Part shown: positions 39,977 to 56,999 of the stretch, in pieces
Layout of the letters: each line of letters starts with the position of its first letter
Position numbering within the stretch: position 1 is the first letter of the stretch
Assembly (NCBI RefSeq): GCF_009914755.1
Contig: NC_060926.1
Origin: the human T2T-CHM13v2.0 reference genome, Homo sapiens
Length of the DNA: 64,000 nt
Reading direction: 5' to 3' (one strand)
The notes under the pieces: model-generated
What the model was told of the DNA's origin: nothing
The model's database searches: none
Seen by the model: the letters and a program-made list of their open reading frames with translations, nothing else
Made by a program: the position numbers and the translations under genes

Positions 39977-41859
39977 CAAATTGAGAGGTGAGCTTCAGCA
40001 AAGCCCAAGACTTCATGGGCTAACAATTTCTCTTTGGCTTATATGAGTGTAAGGTTCTTATAGGGTTCCTCTGGGGCCTATCAGAGGAGGCTCATTTAGT
40101 CCAGGCCTTCCTTTCACCCATAGTCCCAAAGGTAGACGTTCGGTGTTATCTCCAAGTGAAATCATACCTATGTATAAAGAAATATACTATAATAGTTGAA
40201 AGAATACCACATGAAGGATTTAACTTTAGTTATTAAATGAAAATGCCTAAAATGTGTCTGGACACATTTTAATATACTGGGATCCTCAAAAACTGCAATG
40301 GCCTGGATTCTGTTGACCTGATAAAGGCCTATTGAGGTATACTAATCATTACAGACAGCTTTCTATGTGAATCATGAAGATGTATTTAACTCATGATCAC
40401 ACAATGCATGGGTAATTACAAACACGTAATGAGTCTGTAACTTCCTGCTCAGGCGTGGGAAGCACACACTTTCATTAGGAAGCACTTTTACATGAACTAT
40501 TACTCAAATGTGTGTAGGTCCATGTGGAATGAAATGTTCCTACTTTAAATATCAAGTTCAGTGTTATGTCTGTTTGATATTTAAAACATTGATAAGTACA
40601 TTTTCAAAGACTTACGTGCAAAAAGAGGAAAGATAAAACTCGCATCAGTTCATTTTTCCTTTACTAGTAATTAGCAGATAGAAAAAAGGTGCTATTTGTG
40701 ACTAATGCTTAGTTTTATGATTTTAAATTACACTCTGTCTCCATTGGATGCACAAATAAGAGCCCTCTAACTACATTTTCCTCTTGCTACCCTTCCAACA
40801 CTAACAAGGAAATTAGCTCACACATATTCACCACCCTATATGGTTATATACTTTAACATTCAGCAAAAAATTCTAAATTGCTCACTTACTGAGCTGAATC
40901 ACATAGAGGGCTGAAATTCATCCATTAATGAATTATTGTATTGCCTGAGGTCTGCTTAGAGCTACCTGATTTTAGAATTAATGGCAGAATAAATCTTAAG
41001 AAGAAGGCCAATATATTTTAATTTTATGCATATTACCTATTTGAGCAATATATTCTAACATGAGTTTGGCTGTAAATATCTTATTACTACTAAGTATCAA
41101 AAGGAGTTCAGAAATATTCACTAATATACTTCATATTGCAACTTTAAATAAAATTAAAATTTAATCTACACTTCTGAGAATAGAATAATTGTCGCTCATT
41201 TACTAGAATAACGCTTAGGAGCAGATGCATATAATGCTCATAAAACCATGAAAGAATAGCCATTGAACATTTAACTAGAATTGTCAGGTACAAACTATAA
41301 ACTGTAACTTAAAATAATTTTATTTTCTTCCTCTAACTGCAGAAATAGCACCTAAATCAATTAGAGAGAGCTAAGAAATTTAATCTTGAGGAAAAAATAA
41401 GATTTTTATTAAGGAGAGAAAAATCCTATCTTTTATTTTTGTATTTAGACTATTTCCTTTACAAAACAGCTAAATACAACATTATGATAAAAATTTCATA
41501 GGTAAGCCAAAATAGAGAATTTATAACATTTAAGCTAAATCAAAGCATTATTTATAGTTTTCAGAGAAAAACAGGCTATCTTTTGATATAATACAAAGAA
41601 AAATCTATTAAAATGATTTTTCTAAATTTGGTTTGGAAGAGAATGGGCTTAAGTAACTTTTCTGTTGGTTGCTAGGAAATCTAAATGATGTTCTTCCTGA
41701 ACAAGCAACACAAAGCGCTACGTTTTACTGCAGCCAAAGGGAGATGGGATGGGGCAGGTGAATAGAGAGGGGCGGGAAATGACAGCAGGTCTCAGGCAAT
41801 CTTCATGCTGTGCCCATTGGGAGGAAGGACCTCCAAATAGAAACATTATTTATCTTTGA

Positions 41860-43180
41860 GAGGTGAAGTCATGGATAACTTTTTCCATTCATTTTCTGTT
41901 GTATTTTATGAGTTATATAAGTTAAATGAAGATTTTTTTCTAGAAGTTCTATTTGATTCTTTTTCAAATCTCCTTGATCAAAACTTCTTAATAGTTTACT
42001 GGGTTTTGCTTCCATTTTCAAGTTTCTTTATTATTTTTCTAACAGCTACGCATTAGGGTAAAGCTAGAGCTTCAATAATGAGAAGCAGAGATTGAATGAC
42101 CTAAGGTTTATATCTCTCTCACCTGGTCTCAGTGTGAATGGGCTAGATCAATGGGACAGATCTCCTTTCTGCGCCCACTCAGAGTTCCAAGTCCCAACCA
42201 AGCAATTGCTCCACCATCCCCTAGGACATGGTCAACATGTGTGTGGTTAAAGCTAGGTTGATGCCCTCCTGGGCTCCAGCCAAGTGTGAAGAGACAAGAG
42301 GGTGCATTGACACATCACTTCTACTTCCATTCTATGTGTGAGATCCTGATGACACAGCCTCACCTGATTGCAAAGAGAACTGAGAAATGTGGCCAAGCTA
42401 GGCAGTCATCCATCCTACATACTACTACTACCGTGGAGTAGGTTAAAATGGACTTTATGAGTAGCTACCCATCACAACATGAAACGTGAAGATTTCATAG
42501 GATATGCCTAATATTTCCAATATCAAAGTCTCTGCAGGTCTGACTCTGCTGTCTATTTCTTCTGCTTTTCACTTACTGTGTCATGTTTCCCTTTACGTTT
42601 GAGGATTTTTGACCATGAGTTCATGTTTATGTTCTATGGGAATATATGGTTATGTTCTATGGGAAAATAATTTTGCAGGAATGTTTTGAAGTCTGGGTTA
42701 AAGTTGCATTATTTCACATAGGGAATGTATTTGCTTTTGCCTAACAACCCTAAATAATTTTAAAAATGTATTTGCTTAAGTTCTGCTTGGGCCTTATAGG
42801 CAAGTTTCCTTGTTGGTATCTTCCAGGCAGTACAGTCAATTCCAGCTCTCATCATTCTGAGATTGCATCCCTTTTGGGTCTCACCTTCATTGGGCTCTGA
42901 TCTTTACCTGCCAGTCACATCACATGATAAAGTTGTCAGAGTGGAGCCATAATGGATGGGCAGATGTCTTGGTGCCCACTTTCTTTCTAAATTCCTGTTG
43001 TTACTAAATCTTGGCTTCTACAGATTCCTTGTTTTTGTGCCGGCTTCGCAAGGCATTTGAAATTATGGGTTTTTAAAACTGTGTATGTTTGTTTTATATT
43101 TTTAACCAGCATTTTAGTTTTCTTATTGGAAAGAATGGAATTTCTGGTCCAAGATAGCATCAGAAATGGAAGTTCCAAAT
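41860..43180 (-). mobile_element. HAL1/L1ME-type 5' remnant interrupted by an MLT1
   Basis: ttccaatatcaaagtctctgcaggtctgactctgctgtc, gatttttgaccatgagttcat, tatatttttaaccagcattttagtt...cagaaatggaagt. Confidence 0.55.
42050..42480 (-). mobile_element. Old MLT1 (MaLR) LTR
   Basis: cacatcacttctacttccattcta...cacctgattgcaaagagaactgagaaatgtgg. Confidence 0.65.
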
Positions 43181-44875
43181 ATACTTTTATAAGACAATCA
43201 TGACCATGATTTTAGAGAGATCATCACAAGTAGATGAGAACTAGCAACGCAAGCCTAGAGTTTTACTACTGAGTCTTGTGTGTTATATCATACACAGAAC
43301 TTGGATTTCTTGATCTGTAAAATGGGGAGAATAATAACCATATTACCCATGTCAGTAAGTTATGATGATGACAGAATAAGGAACTTTGCAAATTCTTAAA
43401 CAGTATTGCCAGTTGGAATTGAGACTGAGAACCTCACAAGCCACAAGCATAAGAGCATGAATATGTCAATAGGCAACAGACATGTTAAAATGCAATGATT
43501 TACAAAGTCGTTTTCTGATATCTTCCACCGGCCCTACTCCTGCTGAGCCATCCCTCTCATTATTGGTTTCACCTGTGAAACAGTTCTCTGCCACTGCTGA
43601 CTTCACCGAATATCTTCTTTGTACTTCCATCTGCGTTTTATGTGAACTCTGGAGCGATTAGTCGCTAATATCAACATTGGTGCACAGTCTAGGAACATTT
43701 ATTGCTCCCCTGCTTGGCTTAATGTTTCTGACTTGGTACCATAATATTATTAATAGTCACAGGGTACAATAAAAGAAAATTAAGTGTTTATTTTGTTTAG
43801 GCTTTAGCCACTTTACCTACAGCCTTTTTCCATTACATTTGCACATAAATGAGCATACGCCACATTTTTTAGATACAAATCAGGTTTTAACTTTGCTAAT
43901 CATATAGTTTCCTTTCTGGTAGTCTTCCAGGCTGGTTTCAGTGTGACTCCAGATGCATGCATATTGTAGCAAATGAAGAAATGGCCATGTGGTAGATGTT
44001 TGCCCTTTTGTGATTCACAAATAGTGTTTTTGAAGAAAAACTATATTTATAAATCCACTCTGAACATTCCTTTTCAATTCCAGGAGCACATCTTTAAGTT
44101 TTAGGCTGAAGTCCATTGTTCAATTCCAGATTATTTTCTAGCAAATAGTTGGGAACAACTGCCATGGAATATGTAATCATTGAAGGCATGAGAACTACTT
44201 GAAATAAAAGTTACTAGAACCAAGTTTTAGCATTAAAGGGCCCCCATTTCTCAGCATGAGAAGCCCAAAGCCCTGAGATACTTAAGTGGGCATCCAAGGC
44301 CAAAGCAGTGAGTTTATTCCATGTTTCCTACTTTCTCTACCACCTCCTAGGCAATGTTCTTCCAAATGAAGTGTTTGCTTTGCCTTGAAAAGACAAATTA
44401 ATATTTTACATGGCAACAACTCTTTATTCCTTGGTGGGATATTTCCAACTTGATTTATATGATGGTGTCTAAATGCTTAAAAGCTTTTGTAAGGCAGGGT
44501 TTCAATCGATTAAAGAATTTAGTTTTCCTTGAGGTTCTTGCATCAGATATTATCTCAGAAGGCCTACTTCCTAAGATTTATAATCCAATCTCTTCCTCAT
44601 GTTAACCATACATTTTGGTGAGCATCCCATTGGACCAAGCTTGGGGATTTCAGTTCAGCATCATCATGTGGAGTGACTGCAAACAGCACGGGGGAGCCTG
44701 CATGCCCCAACTTTCCATCAACGGGCTCTGGCTGTACAAGACTTCAGTTTGCTTGCTCACTAGCAATATATATGAGTCCTCTGGGCTTCTGGGAATATCT
44801 CACAGGTTCAAAAAACAGATGATTTTGAACAGAAAGACAGAAACACAGTATTCTAAGATAATCTGTACACATGAG

Positions 44876-44965
44876 TCCTTCTTTATTAAATCAAGAACTT
44901 TTACCTTTTCACTTAAAGGAAGTACCTTATGGCTTCTCTTTGACATATATGAATTGCCAGCTCCT
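44876..44965 (-). mobile_element. Tigger7/MER44 fragment covering the transposase N-terminus
   Basis: Minus strand translates AGNSYMSKRSHKVLPLSEKVKVLDLIKK, matching the pogo/Tigger CENP-B-type HTH start. Confidence 0.7.
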
Positions 44966-45049
44966 TGAGGATAGAAATGGCACCTATCATAGTACCTAGG
45001 TACAAAAATGTTCAGCAAACATTTGCTAAATGAATAAATAAAATAAATG

Positions 45050-45345
45050 GGCTGGGAGTGGTGGCTCACACCTGTAATCCCAGCCCTTTGGGGGGCCAAG
45101 GCAGGTGGATCATGAGGTCAGGAGATTGAGACCATCCCGGCTAACACGGTGAAACCCAGTCTCTACTAAAAATACAAAAAAATTAGCCGGGTGTGGTGGC
45201 CGGTGCCTGTAGTCCCAGCTACTCAGGAGGCTGAGACAGGAGAATGGTGTGAACCTGGGAGGCAGAGCTTTCAGTGAGCCGAGATCCCACCACTGCACTC
45301 CAGCCTGGGTGAGAGAGTGAGACTCCATCTTAAATAAATAAACAA
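45050..45345 (+). mobile_element. AluY lineage element
   Basis: gaccatcccggctaacacgg, gagaatggtgtgaacc, gagcttt; (TAAA)n tail; aaataaatg on both sides. Confidence 0.95.
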
Positions 45346-45867
45346 ATGAATAAATAAATGTGGAAATAAGTTAATGAGGAGTAGCCTGAGATGTGGGAAG
45401 AAGGCAGTGAGGAGTAGAAAACTTGGATGCCACCTTGTCATTGCCTTCAGCTTTGTCTGGACTGAGACTTCAACTTAAGAAGAGAACTTGCAAGTCAGAC
45501 ACTCCTCATCACTTGCCAACGTGGCATGGGGCTCTCGGTGAAGCTTGATGTTTCCATCTGTAACTTGGGGCCAATTATAGACTAATTGAGAAGATCACAT
45601 GATTTAAGATATGTAAATACACAGAATAGTATCTGGCACTGCTTTTGCTTTTTTTTTTTATTATTATACTTTAAGTTTTAGGGTACATGTGCACATTGTG
45701 CAGGTTAGTTACATATGTATACATGTGCCATGCTGGTGTGCTGTACCCACTAACTCGTCATCTAGCATTAGGTGTATCTCCCAGTGCTATCCCTCCCCCC
45801 TCCCCCCACCCCACAACAGTCCCCAGAGTGTGATATTCCCCTTCCTGTGTCCATGTGATCTCATTGT

Positions 45868-49693
<3,826 letters not shown>

Positions 49694-49756
49694 TATGATG
49701 TTAGCTGGTGATTTTGCTCATTAGTTGATGCAGTTTCTTCCTAGTCTCGATGGTCT

Positions 49757-50773
49757 TTACGTTTTGGCATGATTTTGCAGTGGCTGGTACCGGTTTTTCC
49801 TTTCCATATTTAGCGCTTCCTTCAGGAGCTCTTTTAGGGCAGGCCTGGTGGTGACAAAATCTCTCAGCATTTGCTTGTCTGTAAAGTATTTTATTTCTCC
49901 TTTGCTTATGAAGCTTAGTTTGGCTGGATATGAAATTCTGGGTTGAAAATTCTTGTCTTTAAGAATGTTGAATATTGGCCCCCACTCTCTTCTGGCTTGT
50001 AGGGTTTCTGCAGAGAGATCCGCTGTTAGTCTTATGGGCTTCCCTTTGAGGGTAACCCGACCTTTCTCTCTGGCTGCCCTTAACATTTTTTCCTTCATTT
50101 CAACTTTGGTGAATCTGAAAATTATGTGTCTTGGAGTTGCTCTTCTCGAGGAGTATCTTTGTGGCATTCTCTGTATTTCCTGAATCTGAATGTTGGCCTA
50201 CCTTGCTAGATTGGGGAAGTTCTCCTGGATAATATCCTGCAGAGTGTTTTCCAACTTGCTTCCATTCTCCCCATCACTTTCAGGTACACCCATCAGATGT
50301 AGATTTGGTCTTTTCACATAGTCCCATATTTCTTGGAGGCTTTGCTCATTTCTTTTTATTCTTTTTTCTCTAAACTTCCCTTCTCGCTTCATTTCATTCA
50401 TTTCATCTTCCATTGCTGATACCCTTTCTTCCAGTTGATCGCATCGGCTCCTGAGGCTTCTACATTCTTCATGTAGTTCTCGAGCCTTGGTTTTCAGCTC
50501 CATCAGCTCCTTTAAGCACTTCTCTGTATTGGTTATTCTAGTTATACATTCTTCTAAATTTTTTTCAAAGTTTTCAACTTCTTTGCCTTTGGTTTGAATG
50601 TCCTCCTGTAGCTCAGAGTAATTTGATCGTCTGAAGCCTTCTTCTCTCAGCTCAACAAAGTCATTCTCCATCCAGCTTTGTTCCATTGCTGGTGAGGAAC
50701 TGCGTTCCTTTGGAGGAGGAGAGGCGCTCTGCTTTTTAGAGTTTCCAGTTTTTCTGTTCTGCTTTTTCCCCAT
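49757..50773 (-). pseudogene. L1-ORF1: L1 ORF1 (RNA-binding chaperone) with a premature stop Q192*
   Basis: 1017 nt, MGKKQNRKTGNSKKQSASPPPKERSSSP...; single TAG at 50198-50200; the frame continues to LQNHAKT*. Confidence 0.95.
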
Positions 50774-51681
50774 CTTTGTGGTTTTATCTACTTTTGGTCT
50801 TTGATGATGGTGATGTACAGATGGGTTTTCGATGTGGATGTCCTTTCTGTTTGTTAGTTTTCCTTCTAACAGACAGGACCCTCAGCTGCAGGTCTGTTGG
50901 AATACCCTGCCGTGTGAGGTGTCAGTGTGCCCCTGCTGGGGGGTGCCTCCCAGTTAGGCTGCTCGGGGGTCAGGGGTCAGGGACCCACTTGAGGAGGCAG
51001 TCTGCCGGTTCCCAGATCTCCAGCTGCGTGCTGAGAGAACCACTGCTCTCTTCAAAGCTGTCAGACAGGGACATTTAAGTCTTCAGAGGTTGCTGCTGTC
51101 TTTTTGTTTGTCTGTGCCCTGCCCCCAGAGGTGGAGCCTACAGAGGCAGGCAGGCCTCCTTGAGCTGTGGTGGGCTCCACCCAGTTCGAGCTTCCTGGCT
51201 GCTTTGTTTACCTAATCAAGGCTGGGCAATGGCGGGTGCCCCTCCCCCAGCCTCGCTGCCACCTTGCAGTTTGATCTCAGACTGCTGTGCTAGTAATCAG
51301 CGAGACTCCATGGGCGTAGGACCCTCCAAGCCAGGTGCAGGATATAATCTCGTGGTGCGCCGTTTTTTAAGCCTGTCGGAAAAGTACAGTATTCAGGTGG
51401 GAGTGACCCGATTTTCCAGGTGCTGTCCGTCACCCCTTTCTTTGACTAGGAAAGGGAACTCCCTGACCCCTTGCGCTTCCCAAGTGAGGCAATGCCTCCC
51501 CCTGCTTTGGCTTGCGCATGGTGCGCCCACCCACTGACCTGCGCCCACTGTCTGGCACTCCCTAGTGAGATGAACCCAGTACGTCAGATGGAAATGCAGA
51601 AATCACCCGTCTTCTGCATCGCTCACGCTGGGAGCTGTAGACTGGAGCTGTTCCTATTCGGCCATCTTGGCTCCTCACCCC
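50774..51681 (-). promoter_or_regulatory. L1 5'UTR internal sense promoter plus antisense promoter
   Basis: Complete ~908-bp 5'UTR; YY1 motif GCCATCTTG at 51661-51669 intact; many CpGs decayed. Confidence 0.85.
51229..51537 (+). CDS. L1-ORF0: L1 antisense ORF0, open, 102-aa extended form (expression unknown)
   Basis: gcaATGG Kozak; MAGAPPPASLPPCSLISDCCASNQRDS...VGVTRFSRC... Confidence 0.55.
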   Translation: MAGAPPPASLPPCSLISDCCASNQRDSMGVGPSKPGAGYNLVVRRFLSLSEKYSIQVGVTRFSRCCPSPLSLTRKGNSLTPCASQVRQCLPLLWLAHGAPTH

Positions 51682-53099
51682 CTGCTTTTGCTTTTATGTA
51701 CTGATCATCATCATCATCATCAATCATCAGTCATTCCACAAGAAACTCGGGATTACACTTTTTGATCCTAAAAACAGTTCAGCTCAATTGTCAGCTCTTT
51801 AATTTTTTTTTCAAAGGTTAGAGTCCTCTCAGGTGGCATGCACCATCCTTGGGTGCACACCCCTCTTTTGTGGGTGTGCTCACCTGTCATCTTGGCCTCA
51901 GCATGAACAGCCACTTTACTCCTGCTAAGTGAGCGGCTCATATGCACTTTTTTAGACTGTATTGGATTTTATAAAACCTTAAAATTGGTAATTTAAGTGC
52001 CACTAGCAACTTGTCTTTTGGAGAGAGATCTGGAGCCCATCCTAGGAAAAAGCAAATGACATTTCTCTCTTGTGACCCAGTCATTGCAAATTTGGTCTGT
52101 CTTTGCAAGGAACCTAGTGCTAGAGCCATTGCTAGGTTTTCATATCAGGGGGAATAAAAACCTGGGAGGGGAGAGGGGAAGCAAGCAGGCAGAGGGTCTC
52201 AAGCTGTGGGTTGGTTGGGGTATATATACTTAGAAAGACACTGCCTTGGGTGATCTCCTGATAATTGCTTTCCAGGACCACTGATGCTTTGGATACACAG
52301 TTAACATGGCTTCCTCCCAGGCTTTATCATCATAGGCTAAACTCCTCTTGCATGAATCTCTTACCTAAGGTAATGTTGATCAGCCACTACTCCTCTCCCC
52401 TTGTCCTGACCAAATGCCCTCTACTGTCTCTCACCTCATCAGGGCTACCACTGCAATACCCAGGAGATGATGCAAGCCATCCCTACCTCACTTGAAAAAT
52501 TATCTTACTCAAGTCTCAAACTTTCACGACCATATGTTATGCTTTAGTTTGACATGGTCATTGATCATAAACTTTTATTTATTTTTCTTTTTATCTCAAC
52601 TTAGTGTCCTGGATGTAGAAATTTAATTGAGTAAACTTCTAGAAGCAATTGTTATAGACTAACATAAAAGAAAAACCTGAGGGTAAATATAAAATCATCC
52701 ACAATCCCACCATCTTAACTCTAATACCTTTACCATTTTAATGCAGCAAATCACCCCTTTTATATGTAATTTTATGTAGCTGTAACCAGATTCTCCTTGA
52801 GCCTTTGCCTGCCCTAAAATTCTGCTTGTTTCCATGATATTATAAACATTATTTTCCATATGTGAGAAAAACATGTTTTCTCACAGTTGTAATACAAGGT
52901 TTATAACTATCATTTTAATGTCTGCATACTGTAACTTTCCTTTAGATTTCTTATAAATTATCTTGTATCTAGTAGCATAAGATATCAAGAGCATCTTATG
53001 CTTCTAGACATTACTGTGGCTTTAGATGCTTTTCATTTAATTATATGATGAAGATCTTGGTGCAATGGAGTTTTGGCACTTTGATTATTTTGTAAGGTT

Positions 53100-53680
53100 T
53101 TATTATTGCTTCTCCTCTCCTTTTTAGGCTCCCCTCCACCACCTATCCTTTAAAGGTTGGGGTTCTCTTGGGTTTCATGCACAAGCCTCCTTCCACACGT
53201 CTCTTCGGCCCTTAGTAAGCTCATCTACTATCAAGCAAGGCCTTACCTCCCCAAACATTCTGCAGGGTCCGAGACCCATATGTACTAACCCTGCAAAAAT
53301 GTACCATGTAATCACATTAACTCCTCAAATATTTTCCCAAACACTAAACAATAACTTCTCCTAGAAGCTGCTCTACCTTCTGAGCAGATATTCTCAGATA
53401 ATGGCACCCCTATCCACCAGATCTGCTTGGTTAGCAACACCTCTAGGAATCTTCTCTCTCTCTTCTCCGTATCCAATAGGCATCAAGTCCTCTGCAGTGC
53501 TGCCTTAGAAATCTCTTTACATGTTGGATTGCTTCTCTTATTGGCTTCCACATGGCCACTGCCTTGATCCAGGCCTTTATCATCTTGATAAAGATGATAA
53601 TTGTTACCTGGTTTCCATGCTAAAAATTTCTTACCACTGCAACCAGTTTGATCTTAAACAAAGCTCCCTGATTAAAAATT
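53100..53680 (+). mobile_element. L2 remnant
   Basis: atggcacccctatccaccag, atccaatagg catcaagtcctc, gccactgccttgatccaggcctttatcatct. Confidence 0.65.
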
Positions 53681-53687
53681 TAGTTAG

Positions 53688-53997
<310 letters not shown>

Positions 53998-54011
53998 TTA
54001 TTGGCTACAGA

Positions 54012-54215
54012 AGTAGTTGTCAAAGTTTAGCATGCCTCAGAATAACCTAGAGGACTTGTGAAATCAGAGCTTGCTGGGTATTATCCCCCAGAGTTTCTGA
54101 TTCAGTAGGTTTCATGGGGTTGTGAGGAGATGGACAGCAGAGAATCTGCAATTCTAATGAGTTTCCAGGGGATACTGATACTGCTATTCTGGGAGCCATA
54201 CTTTGAAAACCACTG
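54012..54215. mobile_element. MER5A
   Basis: cccccagagtttctgattcagtagg...agaatctgcaattctaa...actttgaaaaccactg. Confidence 0.8.
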
Positions 54216-54554
54216 TTCTATAAGATAATAGTTAAGTTTCTAATCATATACATTTTGAAATCAGGGCTCAGTTTATCCTTCCAGCCTTACTTTGTAAACG
54301 TTGTCTAGTGAAAATTACTTTTCAGCTATTCTAAAATTACCAACTATATGTGGTTTCTATCTGCTTTCAAAATTACCCCTCGTTGTATATGCTGTAACTT
54401 CTGACTGAATAGCCTCATATTTAAGTTTTTCTTTGTCAATTGGCAAACAGTGCCAATTGGCAAGCCAGTTACTACAGAGCTACAAATTCAAACATGTATC
54501 TAGAGCAGTTCAAGAGCAAAAATGCATAAAGCAGGAGGAAGGAAGAATAAAGAG

Positions 54555-54748
54555 AGTTCCATTTAAAGTACTGTATGATCCAGCAAACCCACAAATGGGT
54601 ACATATCCAAAGGAAATGAAATTAGTATGAAAGAAAGTGAATCAGAGGTATCTGTGCTCCCATGTTTATTGCAGCACTACTCCCAACAGACAAGATAGGG
54701 AATCAACCTAAGTGTCTGTCAACAGATGAATGGATAAAGAAAATGTGA

Positions 54749-54795
<47 letters not shown>

Positions 54796-55352
54796 ACACA
54801 CACACACACACACACACGTACATACATATACACACACACAATGGAATACTATTCAGCCATAAAAAGAAGGAAATACTGTCATTTCTACAACATAGATGGA
54901 CCTGGAGAACATTATACTAAGTGAAATAAGCCAGGCATAGAAAGACAAATACCACATGATTTCACTTATATGTGAAATCTTAAAGAGTTGACCTCACAGA
55001 AGCAGAGAGTAGAATGATGGTTATGAGGGGCTGGTGAAGCTGCAAGGCAAGGATTGAGGAGATATTAGTCGAAGGACATAGAATTTCACTTAGACTGCAG
55101 GAATAAGTTCAAGAGATCTATTGTGCAACATGGTGAATAGAGTTAATAGTAATGTATTTCATATTTGAAAATTGATAAGGGAATAGATTTTAAGTGTTCT
55201 CATATTAAAATATGGGAGGCAATGCATATGTTAATTAGTTTGATCTAGCCATTCTACAATGTTACATATATAAAAACATGGTTATGTACACCATTAAAAT
55301 GTACAATTTTTGTAGATACAAAAAATAAACAAATAATGAATAATAAATAAAA
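54555..55352 (+). mobile_element. L1MA-type 3' end
   Basis: tatgatccagcaaacccac, caacctaagtgtctgtcaacagatgaatggataaagaaaatgtg, ggaataagttcaagagatctattgt, A-rich tail. Confidence 0.85.
54751..54840. repeat. Compound STR (TCTA)11-TA-(CA)10 inside the L1MA
   Basis: Read directly from the sequence. Confidence 0.95.
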
Positions 55353-55379
55353 GGGCAGCCTCTATCTCTCTCCTACTAA

Positions 55380-55748
<369 letters not shown>

Positions 55749-56999
55749 TAGAATTCCAGATTTCTAAGCAAAGTCTCCACATTCTTAGATAGTGGTAATG
55801 GATTTCAACAAATGTAAAACCATATGCTGGCTGAATTAAACATATCTGCAGGCTGAATTCAGCCCAAGGCCCATAAGTTTGCAACTATAGTGCTACTCCT
55901 TATTCAAGACCAAGTCCAATAACTGTTCCTCCACACAGCATTCCCGATGTCTGCCAGGACTCCCAATGTGCACACACACATGCACAAGCTTAGTCACACT
56001 GTCCTTTCTGTTCTTAAGGTACTGTGTTAAAATTTATATAAAAGCATGTGCTTCAATTAAACCATCTACATAAATGACATCCCCAACCCACAACTAAAGG
56101 CTCAAGAGCAGAAACTTAGATTAACTTCTTTTTTTCTTATTTTCTAATGTAGTATGCCTATCAAATATCTGTTGAAGGATGGAAGAAAGATCGAATAAAC
56201 AAATAAAGGTAAACTCTATTAGAAAATAGCAGGCGATATCTTATTCCATACATCTTAACTTCCCTTTGTATGGATTTCCTCAGTGACATGTTAGATTTTT
56301 CACAATGAAACAGTCAAATTTTAGCCATGCTTTCCACAGATGTACAGAAAAATGTTAGTCCAAGCTAATATAAACACTGGAAGGATTTAGATCAAGCAGC
56401 ATTATTTTAACCTGTCTTTCAAGAAAAAAATGATGGAATGATTCATGACAGTGACTAAAGGCATCAATATTCTCTTATCATAACTCCAGGTAAGCTTTCA
56501 CATACATGCAATTAATCACAGCATTATAAATGGGAAAAGGTATGTGTCAACCCAAGAATCAGCTGTCTCCTACCTATTTAATCCAAAGAAACCCAACAAA
56601 AACAAAAAGCAGAACAGCAAGAACAAAAAATCAGTTCTGTACTGTGCCAGACAAAGAAGAAGTCAAACCAGAAGATTCTTCCTTATCCTCCATCCATGTC
56701 TCTTTTTTATTCCTGAAGTTGTCCAGCCTCACAGTTCTGCATGTGATTTGAAAGCAGTTAAATAGAAAGTTAAAAGTTTTCGAATTAATTTTAACAGAGG
56801 TTTTGTTGAGCCCTGAAGGGTCTTTCCTAAGAAGAAAATGTTATTGTCAATGGTGCCCTTCAATTTATACTTTCTGTCTTAATAAAACTGGTTGCAGAGT
56901 GTGCAATGCAAAGTCAGGTTGCCTTTCATCTTTTACTAAGCATTAAAGCATTGAGGAAAGGAAAAAACACTTTAAGATAATTGCAATTTTCTTCAATTA

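Noticed and set aside
54434-54467. Repeated TGYCAATTGGCAA as an NFI site
   Set aside because: TTGGC-GCCAA spacing is 7 rather than 5; short and plausibly chance
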